Assembly (NCBI GenBank): GCA_963744655.1
Contig: CAVUUJ010000001.1
Span: 335,835-399,834, forward strand
Reading direction: 5' to 3'
Length of the DNA: 64,000 nucleotides
Source of the DNA: an uncultured bacterium
GTDB taxonomy: Bacteria; Verrucomicrobiota; Kiritimatiellia; PWTM01
Shown: positions 19,775 through 29,617 of the stretch, in pieces
Position numbering within the stretch: the stretch's first letter is position 1
How the letters are laid out: every line of letters begins with the position of its first letter
Notes under the pieces: model-generated
Database searches by the model: none
What the model saw: only the letters and a program-made list of their open reading frames with translations
What the model was told of the DNA's origin: nothing
Position numbers and translations under genes: made by a program

Positions 19775-21526
19775 GTGCGGAAAGGCGGGGGCAGGCGCGC
19801 AGGCGGGGCCGCGCGGACGGCGGGTGTCGTGTTCGGCGCCGCGTTGATCGCGGCCGCCACGGTCAAGGGCGGCGGGGTGCTGCCCACCGCGGTGCGGCGC
19901 AACCCGTGGGCCGCCATCGCCCTCCTGGTGGCGGCCCTCGCGTGCTGGGCCTGGCCCGTCACGGCCGCCTGGTGCCGGCGCGCGCGCCGGGCGGTGCTGC
20001 GCTGCCCCTGGCCGGTCTACTGCGCGGGGCTCTTCGCGGCGGCGGCGGCCGTGGGCGCCGGCGTCGCCCTGCGCGTGTTCGGGGGCGTGCCGCACCTCGA
20101 CGACGCGGTCTCCGCCGTCTTCCAGGCGCGCGTGCTGCTGCGCGGCGCGGTGACCCTGCCGCTTCCGCCGCACGCCGAGTTCTTCACCGTCTTCGGCGTG
20201 CTCGGGGCGCGGGAAGGGATGACGCGGTGGTGCACGATGTACCCCCCGGCGTGGCCGTTCCTGCTGGTGCCCGCGGTCGGGGCCGGGGTGCCCTGGCTGC
20301 TCAACCCCCTGCTGGGCGGTGCGCTGGCGGTGACCGTCGCGGCGCTCGGCCGCGCGCTGTACGGGTCGCGCACCGGTCGGATCGCCGGGCTCCTCTGCGC
20401 GGCGTCGCCGTTCGTGGCGGTGGTGAACGGCACGCACCTCTCGCACACGTCGACCGCGCTCTGCCTGGCGGCGGTCTTCCTCGCCGTCGTCCGCCTGCTG
20501 GGGACCGGTCGCGCCTACTGGGGCCTCGTGGCCGGCGGGGCGTGGGGCCTGGCGTTCCTGAACCGGCCGCTCACGGCCCTGGTCGTGGGCGCGGCGGCGG
20601 GCCTCGCCGTGGCGGCCCGCCCGGCCCGCGCGTGGCGCGCCCGGCGCGGCCTCGCCGCGGCGCTCCTGCTCGCCGCGGCCGCGGCGGGCACGCTCGCCGC
20701 CTGGCAACAGGCGACCACCGGGGATTGGCGCACGCCCGGCCACGAAGTCGGCATGGGGCGCCGCGGCAAGTTCGGCTTCGTGCGCCTCGACGCGGTGCGC
20801 ACGCACACCCCGGCGATCGGCCTGGACTACTCGCTGCGGCGCATGCGGGTCGTGAGCGACCGGCTGCTCAGCTGGCCGTTCCCCACGGGGCTCGTGCTCT
20901 TCTTCCCGTTCCTCGCGCGGCGGGCGCGCCGGGAGGACGCGTGGCTCGTGACGCCCTGGCTCGGGCTCGTGGGCGTGTACGCCGCCTACTGGTACTGGGA
21001 GGAGTACCTGCCCGCGCGCTACACGTTCGCCGCCATGCCCATGCTGCTCGTCCTGGCCGCCCGCGGCTACACGGCGCTGGCGCGGTGGCTGCGCCGCCGC
21101 GCGCCCCGCGCGGCGTTCGCGGCACCCGCCCTGCTCGCGTCCGGCCTGGTCTTCAGCGCGGCGTTCGGCCTGCCGTCCTACGCCCGGGGCTTCGGGCCGC
21201 ACCACGGCGACGTGGAAACCGCCCTGCCGGGCGTGCTCGCGGCGCACGGCGTCCGCCACGCGGTCGTGTTCATGGACGCCGCGGGCGCCGTGCCTACCGA
21301 CGGCGACCGCTTCAACGATTTCTACGCCACCGGCTTCCTGCGGAACGACCTCGGCCTGCGGGGCGACGTGGTCTTCGCGCGCAACCTGCGCGAACACAAC
21401 GCCGCGCTCATGCGGGCCTACCCGGGGCGGCGCTACTACCTGTACGTGTACGACCGGGGCGCGGGCGAGGGGAGCCTCCGCGAACTGCGCCTCACGGAGG
21501 ACGGGTATGCGGTCGATCCTCCCTGA
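19775..21526 (+). CDS. Polytopic membrane protein, possible GT-C-type (ArnT/PMT-like) glycosyltransferase
   Basis: The GTG start is preceded by GGAGGAGG. It has ten or more hydrophobic helices, an acidic first loop (VPHLDDAVSAVFQARVLL) and a soluble C-terminal domain. The upstream part of the 17519-21526 track ORF is antisense to hoxF and is not coding. Confidence 0.5.
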   Translation: MRKGGGRRAGGAARTAGVVFGAALIAAATVKGGGVLPTAVRRNPWAAIALLVAALACWAWPVTAAWCRRARRAVLRCPWPVYCAGLFAAAAAVGAGVALRVFGGVPHLDDAVSAVFQARVLLRGAVTLPLPPHAEFFTVFGVLGAREGMTRWCTMYPPAWPFLLVPAVGAGVPWLLNPLLGGALAVTVAALGRALYGSRTGRIAGLLCAASPFVAVVNGTHLSHTSTALCLAAVFLAVVRLLGTGRAYWGLVAGGAWGLAFLNRPLTALVVGAAAGLAVAARPARAWRARRGLAAALLLAAAAAGTLAAWQQATTGDWRTPGHEVGMGRRGKFGFVRLDAVRTHTPAIGLDYSLRRMRVVSDRLLSWPFPTGLVLFFPFLARRARREDAWLVTPWLGLVGVYAAYWYWEEYLPARYTFAAMPMLLVLAARGYTALARWLRRRAPRAAFAAPALLASGLVFSAAFGLPSYARGFGPHHGDVETALPGVLAAHGVRHAVVFMDAAGAVPTDGDRFNDFYATGFLRNDLGLRGDVVFARNLREHNAALMRAYPGRRYYLYVYDRGAGEGSLRELRLTEDGYAVDPP

Positions 21527-21622
21527 AACGGCGCACCCGGCGCCCGGCCGCCGCCGGCCGGGGGCGGCGGGTTCCTGCTCGGCGCGGCGTCCCGCGGCGC
21601 GGTAGGCTGCGGCCGGTGAGCC

Positions 21623-23215
21623 ATGGGCCATGTACTCGTCAGTTCGTTCCCCGCGGCGCTGCTCGCCGCCTGGCTGGCGGTCGAGGCCGTCCTGCTCGCC
21701 CGGCGCCTCCCGGAGGACGCCCCGGCCGCGCGCCGCGCGCGCCGCCGCCTGCTGAGGTGGTCGGGCCGGCCCTGGGCCGCGTGGGCGGTGCTCTCCCTCG
21801 TCAGCCGCCGCTGGGCCGACCTCGGGTTCAATAACGCGGTCACGTTTCCCTTCTACGCGAACCGCTGGGACCCGTCGCTCGGCGCCTGGGCGACGATCCT
21901 GGAGCGGGCCGCCTCGCCGCTCGTGGGGTGGTGGGTCGCCCTGGCGGCCGCCGCGGCCGCCGCGGCCGTGCTCGCCGTGCACGGGCTTTCCGCGACGCGG
22001 CCGGCCGGCCGCGTGCGCCCGGCCTTCGCCGCCGCGGTCCTCCCGGTCGCCGCGTTCTGCTTCTGGATCGCCACCTCGGCCCTGCCGCGCGGCGCGGTGC
22101 CGGCGGGGCCCCGCGAGCCGGGTTCCCTGCTGCAGGCCTGGCACGACCCGGCCAGCACGCTGCTCTACGCCGTGCCGCACGTGCGGAGCGTCCCCGACTT
22201 CCTCCGCCGGTTCGAGGCCATCCAGCCGGCCCTGCGGCGCACGATCCACGGCGCCTCGCATCCGCCCGGCGCCGTGCTTTCGCTGTACGGCATCGGCCGC
22301 CTGGCCGGGGCGGCGGACGGCGACATCCGCACCGACGCGGTCAAGATCCGCTACGCGCTGGGCCTCGCCGCCTTCGGTACGCTGAACGTGGGGGTCCTGC
22401 TGCTGCTGGGCCGGCTGCTCACCGGCTCGACGCGCACGGGCCTGCTCGCCGCCGCGCTCTGGGCCCTGTCGCCGGCGGCCGCGGTGTACGCGACCTTCTC
22501 GCAGGACGTCCTCTACAGCGTGTTCTTCAACCTGGGCCTGGCAGGTCTTTTCGCGGCGGTGCGGCGCGAACGGCCCTCGGTCGCCGCGGGCGTTCTGCTG
22601 GGCGCGGTCTTTTTCGCCATGACGATGCTCAGTTACAGCTGGTGCCTGGTGACGACGATCTTCGCCGTCTTCGCGGCCTGGCAGGGCCGCGCGGCGCGGT
22701 GGCGCGTCCGGGACTACGCCGTGCGCGTGATCCTGCCGCTCGGCGTGATGGCGCTGCTGCTGGGCGCCACCCTGGCCGCGTTCCGCATGGACTACCTCGG
22801 CGCGTACCGCTTCGCGCGCGCGTACCACGAGGAATGGTACCGCTACACGTCCGCCTACCAGTGGAGCCTGGCGCTGGCGGGGGGCCAGGCGGACCTGCTG
22901 CTGATGATGGGCAGCACGGTCTGCTGCGCGTTCCTGTACGGCCTGGCCCGGGTGCTGCGCCGGCGCCCGGTGGAGCCGGCCGGCGCCCTGCTGCTGGTCG
23001 TGCTCGCCGTCTACGCGATCCCCGTGCTGGTCGGCCCCAACCCGCTCAAGATGGAGACCTCGCGGTGCTGGATGTGGGTGACCTCGGTGCCGATGGTCTT
23101 CGCCGCGACGACCCTCGAGCAGTTCCCGCGCCCGCGCGCGGCCGCGGGCGTCGCCCTGGGCGTGTCGGCGGCCACCGCCGTCGCGCTCAGCCTGGTCCTC
23201 CACTTCGGCGCGTAG
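21623..23215 (+). CDS. Polytopic membrane protein of unknown function
   Basis: 530 aa with many hydrophobic segments. It follows the previous membrane protein on the same strand. No motif I can name. Confidence 0.5.
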   Translation: MGHVLVSSFPAALLAAWLAVEAVLLARRLPEDAPAARRARRRLLRWSGRPWAAWAVLSLVSRRWADLGFNNAVTFPFYANRWDPSLGAWATILERAASPLVGWWVALAAAAAAAAVLAVHGLSATRPAGRVRPAFAAAVLPVAAFCFWIATSALPRGAVPAGPREPGSLLQAWHDPASTLLYAVPHVRSVPDFLRRFEAIQPALRRTIHGASHPPGAVLSLYGIGRLAGAADGDIRTDAVKIRYALGLAAFGTLNVGVLLLLGRLLTGSTRTGLLAAALWALSPAAAVYATFSQDVLYSVFFNLGLAGLFAAVRRERPSVAAGVLLGAVFFAMTMLSYSWCLVTTIFAVFAAWQGRAARWRVRDYAVRVILPLGVMALLLGATLAAFRMDYLGAYRFARAYHEEWYRYTSAYQWSLALAGGQADLLLMMGSTVCCAFLYGLARVLRRRPVEPAGALLLVVLAVYAIPVLVGPNPLKMETSRCWMWVTSVPMVFAATTLEQFPRPRAAAGVALGVSAATAVALSLVLHFGA

Positions 23216-23738
23216 CGGTTCGAGGGCGGCGGGCGGCGGGCGCGCCGGCAGGCGCGCCCCGCACGAAAATGCCGAGGCGGCGGTTCTTGCGGACGCGGTC
23301 CCACGGGAACAGGCGGCCGTTCATCGCCGCGTAGACGCCCGGTCCCAGCACCTGGGCGAAGGCCAGCGCGCTGCCGAGGTTGAAGAGCCCGTCGGAGCTC
23401 TGCAGCCGGTAGGGCACCATGGCGCCCGTGATCACGACGGTCTTCTCCGTCACGCGCGGCCCGAGGAACCGCGCGGTATCTTCCAGGGTGTCGGTGCCGT
23501 GCGTGACCACGATGCGGCGCTCGGGGCACGCCCGGCACGCGGCGAGCAGGCGCCGCCGGTCGTCGTCGGTCATGTCGAGGCTGTCCTTCATCATCGCGAC
23601 GCGGACGCGCACGGGCAGGCGGCAGCGCCCCATCGCCAGCATCTCGCGCACGTGGGTCTCGCGGAAGAACAACTCGCCGGTCCGCTCGTTGTAGTCCTTG
23701 TCGAACGTGCCGCCGGTGACCATCAGGACCAGTTTCAA
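23187..23738 (-). CDS. Asparaginase-domain protein (short, type I N-terminal domain only)
   Basis: LKLVLMVTGGTFDK carries the TGGT catalytic-threonine motif, followed by VVTHGTDTLEDTA (HGTDT motif). The start is uncertain: TTG at 23738 or ATG at 23723. Confidence 0.65.
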   Translation of the reverse strand: MKLVLMVTGGTFDKDYNERTGELFFRETHVREMLAMGRCRLPVRVRVAMMKDSLDMTDDDRRRLLAACRACPERRIVVTHGTDTLEDTARFLGPRVTEKTVVITGAMVPYRLQSSDGLFNLGSALAFAQVLGPGVYAAMNGRLFPWDRVRKNRRLGIFVRGAPAGAPAARRPRTATRRSGGPG

Positions 23739-23862
23739 GGCCGTTCCCCCCGTCGGCTGCCGCGCGGGCCCCGGCGGCGGCCGGCGCGCACTCTGGCGGC
23801 CCGCGTCCGGCGGCGTCAAGAGGCATCGCCACGCGCCGCGCGGGCGCGGACGCGCGGGCCGT

Positions 23863-24279
23863 TCAGTCGTCCGTGACGACGGGCGCGCGCGCCTGCTTGC
23901 GCTCCGAGTGCTTCCTCTTGTCGGCGAGCATCCGCTCCTTCTGCCGCCGCGACCGGCGGCGCTTCTGGCGGCGGATCTTCTCGGCCGCCTGCCGCCGGGC
24001 GCTCGCCTCGCCCCGCACGCGCTCGGCGATCTTCTCGCACAGCTCGCGCCGCGCGAGGAACCGGTTGAGCGCCTGGGAGCGCTCCTGCTGGCAGCGGACC
24101 TCGATGCCCGTGGGCGCATGGCGCAGCACGACGCACGAGGAGGTCTTGTTGATCTTCTGCCCGCCGCGGCCGCCGCCGCGGATGAAGCGCTCGGCCAGGT
24201 CCTCCTCGCGTACCGCGAGCGCGGCCATGCGGCGGCGCAGCGCCGCCGCCTTGGCCGGGGATACGACCGGCGGGCTCAC
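23863..24279 (-). CDS. RF-1-domain peptidyl-tRNA hydrolase (ArfB/ICT1-like ribosome rescue factor)
   Basis: 138 aa with GGQ in RGGGRGGQKINKTSSCV and a long Lys/Arg-rich C-terminal tail, as in ArfB. Confidence 0.75.
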   Translation of the reverse strand: MSPPVVSPAKAAALRRRMAALAVREEDLAERFIRGGGRGGQKINKTSSCVVLRHAPTGIEVRCQQERSQALNRFLARRELCEKIAERVRGEASARRQAAEKIRRQKRRRSRRQKERMLADKRKHSERKQARAPVVTDD

Positions 24280-24298
24280 GCCCGGCGCCCCGCCGCGC

Positions 24299-25252
24299 TC
24301 ACGGCGCGGACCCCGCCCCGCCCGCGCCGCCCCGCAGCAGGTCCACCGCGGCGGCCGCCGGGCAGGCCAGGTCGAGTCGCACCCGCGAGCCGTCCCGCGC
24401 GATCCGCAGCGACTCGGCCGCCCGCGCGACGTCCGGCCGGCCGTCGGACTCGAGCAGGGTCAGGGCGGCGAAGCCGTCGATGACCCGCCGGACCAGCTCG
24501 GCCTCCGCGTCGGTGCCGGCGCGGAACACGACGGCGGCGCGCACGTCGCCGCCGGACTCGCCGACCGCGAGGTGGACCTCCTCCGCGTGGCGCAGGAGGG
24601 TGCTGCGCAGGTCGCCCGCCCGGGGCTTCGCGAGGCGCCCGCCGCCGACGAGAAACGCGCCCGCCGCGGCGGGCCCGAGGGGGGCGAAGGAGGCGGCCCC
24701 GGCGGCGGAGGGCACCCGCGCGTCGAGCACGTCGAGCGCCTGCGCGACGCGCGCGCGGTCGCGCCCCAGGACCGCCGTGGTCTCCGAGACGAAGCAGGCC
24801 AGCAGCGGGACGGGCGGGCGCTCCCCGCGTTCCGCGTTCATCCGCTCCCGGTCGTCCACCCACGCGTGGACGGCGTGGTTTCCGTGGAGGAAGATCTCGT
24901 GCGCCGTGTGGGTCGACACGTGCGCGGCGGCGCGGGCCGGCTCGTAGCGTCCGCGCAGCACGACCACGCCCGGCGCGCCGCCGCCGTCGAAGCCGTGGAG
25001 GGTCACGGACCGCAGGTCGGACCGCGGGTCCATGCCGAAGGCGCGGGTGAAGGCGGCGAGCTGCGAGGCGGCCTGCTCCTCCAGGAAGCGGTCGAGCAGG
25101 TAGACCCCCACGTCGGTGTCGCGCAGGGCGTCGAGGTCGGCGTGGACGACCCACGCCGCGTCGGCCGGCACCTCCGCCGCGCGGAACGGCGCCCCCGCGC
25201 AGAGCGGGGCGCAGACAGCCAGGATCAGTCCGGCCCGGCGGATGGCGGTCAT
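24299..25252 (-). CDS. Secreted hypothetical protein
   Basis: The signal peptide is MTAIRRAGLILAVCAPLCAGAPFRAAE. No recognisable motif. The upstream part of the 24299-26053 track ORF is antisense to the oxidoreductase gene. Confidence 0.5.
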   Translation of the reverse strand: MTAIRRAGLILAVCAPLCAGAPFRAAEVPADAAWVVHADLDALRDTDVGVYLLDRFLEEQAASQLAAFTRAFGMDPRSDLRSVTLHGFDGGGAPGVVVLRGRYEPARAAAHVSTHTAHEIFLHGNHAVHAWVDDRERMNAERGERPPVPLLACFVSETTAVLGRDRARVAQALDVLDARVPSAAGAASFAPLGPAAAGAFLVGGGRLAKPRAGDLRSTLLRHAEEVHLAVGESGGDVRAAVVFRAGTDAEAELVRRVIDGFAALTLLESDGRPDVARAAESLRIARDGSRVRLDLACPAAAAVDLLRGGAGGAGSAP

Positions 25253-25417
25253 CGTACCCTCCTTGCGCGCCGCGCGGGCCGGCGCGCGGCCCCATCGTGG
25301 CGGCGCCGTCCCGCGGGGGCAAGACGGATGTGGCCTGCCGGGGGCGGGTTGCGGATTGCGCGTCGGCCGGGCAGCGGCCAGTATGAGGTCTCCGCCGGAT
25401 GGCGGAAGGGAGGCGTC

Positions 25418-26458
25418 ATGAGCGGAAAATTGCGCTGGGGGCTGCTGGCAGTGAGCGGGATCGCGAAGGCCTTTGCGACGGGCCTGGCGCGGAGCGAGAC
25501 CGGCACGGCCCATGCCGTGGCGTCGCGCGACCGGGCGCGCGCCGAGGCGTTCGGCGAGACGTTCGGCATACCGCGCCGGCACGGGTCCTACGAGGAGCTG
25601 CTCGCCGATCCCGAGGTGGAGGCGGTGTACGTCTCGACCCCGCACCCAATGCACGCCGAGTGGGCCGTCCGGGCGGCGCGGGCGGGCAAGCACGTGCTGG
25701 TCGAGAAGCCGATGGGGCTCTGCGCCCGGGACGTCGAGGCCATGCAGGAGGCCGCGCGGGAGGCGGGGGTCTTCCTGATGGAGGCCTTCATGTACCGCTC
25801 CCACCCGCAGACCGACGCGCTCGCGCGGCTCGTGCGCGACGGCGCGGTCGGCGAGGTGCGCGTGCTGCACGCCGCGCTGTCCTTCACGGCCGCGTTCGAC
25901 CCCGCGTCCCGCCTCTGGTCGAAGGCGCTGGGCGGCGGGGGCATCCTGGACGTGGGGTGTTACCCGGTGTCGCTCGCGCGGCTGCTTGCGGGCGCGGCCG
26001 CGGGCCGTCCGTTCGCCGACCCGCTCGCGGTGACGGGCGCCGCCCGGCTGCACCCGCGCACGGGGGTGGACGCGTGGGCCGTCGCCACGATGCGGTTTCC
26101 CGGCGAGGTGCTGGCCACGCTGTCCACGGGTATCGGCGTGGCCCAGGAGAACGCGCTGCGGGTCTTCGGCAGCGAGGGGAGCCTCTTCGTGCCGAGCCCG
26201 TGGGCGATGTCGCGCGAAGGCGCGTGCCCCGGCCGGATCGTCGTCGCCCGCCGGGGCGAGGCGGTGCGCGAGGTCGGCATCGCGTCGAGCGCGAGCAGCT
26301 TCACGCTGGAGGCCGACGCGGCCGGCGGGGCGATCCGCGCCGGCCGGGCGGAGGCGGAGCCGCCCGCCATGACCTGGGCCGACTCGCTGGGCAACGCGCG
26401 CGCCCTCGACGCGTGGCGCCGCGCCGTGGGGCTGTCGTACGGGCCGGAAGAGGCCTAG
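25418..26458 (+). CDS. Gfo/Idh/MocA-family NAD(P)-dependent oxidoreductase
   Basis: The Rossmann N-terminus is LRWGLLAVSGIAKAF, followed by EAVYVSTPHPMHAEW and the EKP motif (VLVEKPM). GGAAGGGAGG lies upstream of the ATG. Confidence 0.8.
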   Translation: MSGKLRWGLLAVSGIAKAFATGLARSETGTAHAVASRDRARAEAFGETFGIPRRHGSYEELLADPEVEAVYVSTPHPMHAEWAVRAARAGKHVLVEKPMGLCARDVEAMQEAAREAGVFLMEAFMYRSHPQTDALARLVRDGAVGEVRVLHAALSFTAAFDPASRLWSKALGGGGILDVGCYPVSLARLLAGAAAGRPFADPLAVTGAARLHPRTGVDAWAVATMRFPGEVLATLSTGIGVAQENALRVFGSEGSLFVPSPWAMSREGACPGRIVVARRGEAVREVGIASSASSFTLEADAAGGAIRAGRAEAEPPAMTWADSLGNARALDAWRRAVGLSYGPEEA

Positions 26459-26465
26459 CGCATCG

Positions 26466-27863
26466 CTACGGGGCGGCCGGCGCGGGGTCCGGCTCGGGGT
26501 CCGGCGCGGGCGACTCCGCGGCGGGGGCGTCCCGGCGGAAGAGCGGAACGATCCAGCGCCGCGCGTCCCGGAAGGTCAGCAGCAGGAACAGGCCGATCAG
26601 GAGCGTGGCGAAGATCCGGTAGACCCAGCCCACGAACGAGGCGCTCGCGGGGCGCCGCGTGATGCCTTCCCAGAGCGAGAAGAGGATGTGGCCGCCGTCG
26701 AGCACGGGAATCGGCAGCAGGTTGAGGATGCCGAGGTTCACGTTGAGGAAGACCGTGAACCACAGGGCCAGCTTGAAGCTGCCGCGGACCATCTGCCAGT
26801 ACGTGTAGAGGATGGAAACGGGCCCGCCGACCGCCCCCGCGGCCGCCTTGCTCTCGCGCGGCGTGACCAGCGCGCGCAGGAAGCGGAAGATGGCCGTCGC
26901 GTGCTCCCGCAGCTGCGCGAGGGGTCGCGGGTGCACGATGGTGTCGTAGTCCACCGCCACCTGGCTGAAGAGGATGCCGATGAGCGGGCGCTGCTCGGCG
27001 GCGTCGAACTGCGGGCGGACCGAAAGGGTCAGCCGCTCGCCGCCGCGCTGGACGACGACGGGGATGTCTTCGTCCGCGTGGTCGCTGACGAGGGCGACCA
27101 GGTGGGCGCGGCTGAAGACCTCCCGGTCCGCGAGACGGACGATGAGGTCGCCCGCCCGGAGGCCCGCGGCCTTCGCGCTGCCGCCCGGGATGAGGCCGCC
27201 GACCCGGCAGAGGTCCTCCATCATCAGGCCGGCCGGAAGCCGCGCGCCCAGGGTGCGCGGGCCGAGCGGCAGCTCGACCTCGCGCTCCCCGGCGGGGCCG
27301 CGCACGAGGAGCCGCGCGGTCTCGTCGCTGTTGAGCGAGAGGATCGTGAGCAGGTCCTGCCAGTTGCCGACCGGCGTGCCGTTGGCGGCGAGGATGCCGT
27401 CGCCCGGCTGGAGGCCGGCCGCGGCCGCCTCCGAGGTCTCCCCGACGTACCCGACCACGCAGCGGCGCTCGTGGGGCGCGGAGGGCTTGCCGACGACGAA
27501 GACGACGTACGCGAGCAGCAGGGCGAGCAGCAGGTTGCCCGCGGCGCCCGCGGCGGCCACGACGATCTTGCTCCAGGGCGACACGGGCGGGTGCTCCGGC
27601 GCGGGCCCGCCGCCCGTGCCGCGCTCCTCCGTGCGGGGCTCCATCTGGGGCAGGGCGACGTACCCGCCGAAGGGGAGGAGGCCGACCTTGTAGAGCACGC
27701 CGCCGACGCGGCGCTTCCAGACGGCCGGGCCGAAGCCGATGGCGAACACCTCGATCACGAAGCCGCAGGCGCGCGCGGCCAGGTAGTGGCCGAGCTCGTG
27801 GGCGAAGATCGTGAGGCCGAAGAGCGCGACGACGACGGCAAGGGTGTAAAGCACGTTGGTCAT
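26466..27863 (-). CDS. rseP: RIP site-2 metalloprotease RseP
   Basis: HELGH in TM1 (LTIFAHELGHYLAAR), a PDZ region, and the second motif NLLPIPVLDGGH. It follows cdsA in the conserved uppS-cdsA-rseP gene order. Confidence 0.88.
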   Translation of the reverse strand: MTNVLYTLAVVVALFGLTIFAHELGHYLAARACGFVIEVFAIGFGPAVWKRRVGGVLYKVGLLPFGGYVALPQMEPRTEERGTGGGPAPEHPPVSPWSKIVVAAAGAAGNLLLALLLAYVVFVVGKPSAPHERRCVVGYVGETSEAAAAGLQPGDGILAANGTPVGNWQDLLTILSLNSDETARLLVRGPAGEREVELPLGPRTLGARLPAGLMMEDLCRVGGLIPGGSAKAAGLRAGDLIVRLADREVFSRAHLVALVSDHADEDIPVVVQRGGERLTLSVRPQFDAAEQRPLIGILFSQVAVDYDTIVHPRPLAQLREHATAIFRFLRALVTPRESKAAAGAVGGPVSILYTYWQMVRGSFKLALWFTVFLNVNLGILNLLPIPVLDGGHILFSLWEGITRRPASASFVGWVYRIFATLLIGLFLLLTFRDARRWIVPLFRRDAPAAESPAPDPEPDPAPAAP

Positions 27864-27984
27864 ATCCTGTCCGGCCGCACGGCCCTCTGCGCCGGCGGGC
27901 AAACCGCGGCATCATAGGGGCCGCGCGCGGCGGGCGCAACGGGCAAAGGCTCGACGCGGTCCGGCCGCGCGGGGGGCGCGGCGC

Positions 27985-28842
27985 TCAGGGCAGGGGCGGG
28001 AGAAAGAGCTTCGCGTAGAAGTAGAGCAGGGGCAGGGCGGGCAGGATGCTGTCGAAGACGTCGAGCATGCCGCCCATGCCCGCGATGTAGGTGGCGGAGT
28101 CCTTGACGCCCGCGGCGCGCTTGAGGAGCGACTCGGCCAGGTCGCCCAGGATGCCTGCGACCGACAGCAGGAGCGAGAGCAGCAGGGTGTGCATCGCCGA
28201 GAGGCGCACCGCGCCCAGGTCGCCCCCGAGGAGCGCGCGCACGAGGAAACCGGCGGCGACCGCGGTGAGCACGCCGCCGATGCAGCCCTCCCAGGTCTTG
28301 GCCGGCGACACGCGGGGGATCAGCTTGTGCCGCCCCAGCCACGACCCGATGAAGAACGCGCCGATGTCCGTGAACTTCACCACGACGATGAGGAACAGCA
28401 GGAGCCACCGGCCGCGCACGCCGCCCCAGCCCAGGACCAGCCGCACGAGGAACCCGATCGGAAAGGCCACGTAGAGCAGGCCCATCAGCGTGCCGGCCAT
28501 CGTCTCCAGCGGGCGGGGGTTGCGGGCCTGGCGGAACTGGCGCACGAAGACGGCGAAAAAGCCCAGGTTGATGGCCAGCAGGTCCCAGTCCGGGCACCGC
28601 GGGTTGCCCACCCAGCAGGTGATCTTCATCCACGCGGCGACGATCCAGCCCACGCCGATGAGGGTCCCGAGCAGCTTGAAGTTCGGGAGGCGGGCGGCGT
28701 CGAGCAGCGAGTAGAATTCCAGCAGGCCGACCGCGCCGAGCAACCCGGCCGCCACGACGACGCCCGCCGGGGGCGCGTAGAACGTGGCGAGCAGGTAGGC
28801 CGCGCCCATGGTCAGACCGCTCGCGATGCGCTTGGCAAGCAT
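27985..28842 (-). CDS. cdsA: Phosphatidate cytidylyltransferase (CdsA family, divergent signature)
   Basis: A polytopic protein whose C-terminal [28 protein letters not shown] resembles the CdsA signature. The position between uppS and rseP supports the call. Confidence 0.75.
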   Translation of the reverse strand: MLAKRIASGLTMGAAYLLATFYAPPAGVVVAAGLLGAVGLLEFYSLLDAARLPNFKLLGTLIGVGWIVAAWMKITCWVGNPRCPDWDLLAINLGFFAVFVRQFRQARNPRPLETMAGTLMGLLYVAFPIGFLVRLVLGWGGVRGRWLLLFLIVVVKFTDIGAFFIGSWLGRHKLIPRVSPAKTWEGCIGGVLTAVAAGFLVRALLGGDLGAVRLSAMHTLLLSLLLSVAGILGDLAESLLKRAAGVKDSATYIAGMGGMLDVFDSILPALPLLYFYAKLFLPPLP

Positions 28843-28850
28843 GGCGGCGG

Positions 28851-29598
28851 CTACCCGATGTCCCCGAAGCGCCGCGCGCGGCGCCCGTACTCCGCCACGG
28901 CCTCGCGGAACTCCGGCTCCCGGAAGTCGGGCCACAGGACGGGCGTGAAGTAGAACTCGGCGTACGAGATCTGCCACAGGAGGAAGTTGCTCAACCGGAG
29001 TTCCCCGCTGGTGCGAATGACCAGGTCCGGATCGGGGAGGTCGGGCGCGTACAGGTGCTGCGCCAGCAGGTGCTCGTCGACCTGCTCCGCCCGCAGTTCG
29101 CCCGCCGCGACCCGCTCCGCGATGCGCCGCGCGGCGTCGGCCAGCTCCTGGCGTCCCCCGTAGTTGAGCGCGAGGACCAGGTGCGCGCCCTCGTAGCCGG
29201 CGGTTTCCTCCGTCACCCGCTGGAGGTTGCGCTGGATGTCCGCGGGAAGGTCCGCCAGCCGGCCGATGACCCGCAGCCGGATGCGCTGCTCGTGCAGATC
29301 CTTCTCGCGCCGGCGCAGGAAGGTGCGCAAGAGCTGCATCAGGCCCTCGATCTCGGCGCGCGGACGCACCCAGTTCTCGACGCTGAACGCGTAGAGCGTC
29401 AGGTACGCGCACCCCGAGCTCGCGGCAGGCCCGGAGGACGGCGACGACGGATTCGGCGCCCTGCTCGTGGCCCCGCAGGCGGGGCCAGCCGCGCTCGCTC
29501 GCCCACCGGCCGTTGCCGTCCATGATGATGGCGACGTGCCGCGGCACGCGGGGGGCGCCCGGGCCGTCGCGCGTCCCGGATGGTTGCTCGCCGTTCAT
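28851..29598 (-). pseudogene. uppS: Undecaprenyl-diphosphate synthase UppS with one frameshift near 29405 (possible assembly error)
   Basis: The N-terminal piece has [13 protein letters not shown]...ELGVR. The C-terminal piece is [12 protein letters not shown]...[26 protein letters not shown]. One extra base (GTGCGCGTACC) separates the two frames. Confidence 0.85.
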
Positions 29599-29617
29599 GA
29601 GAGGGCCGCGGGCGGTT

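Noticed and set aside
19472-23203. A 1243-aa minus-strand ORF antisense to the two membrane-protein genes, and a 773-aa plus off-frame ORF.
   Set aside because: The composition is Arg/Gly/Pro-rich with no hydrophobic segments or motifs. The plus-strand frames encode coherent polytopic proteins with start signals.
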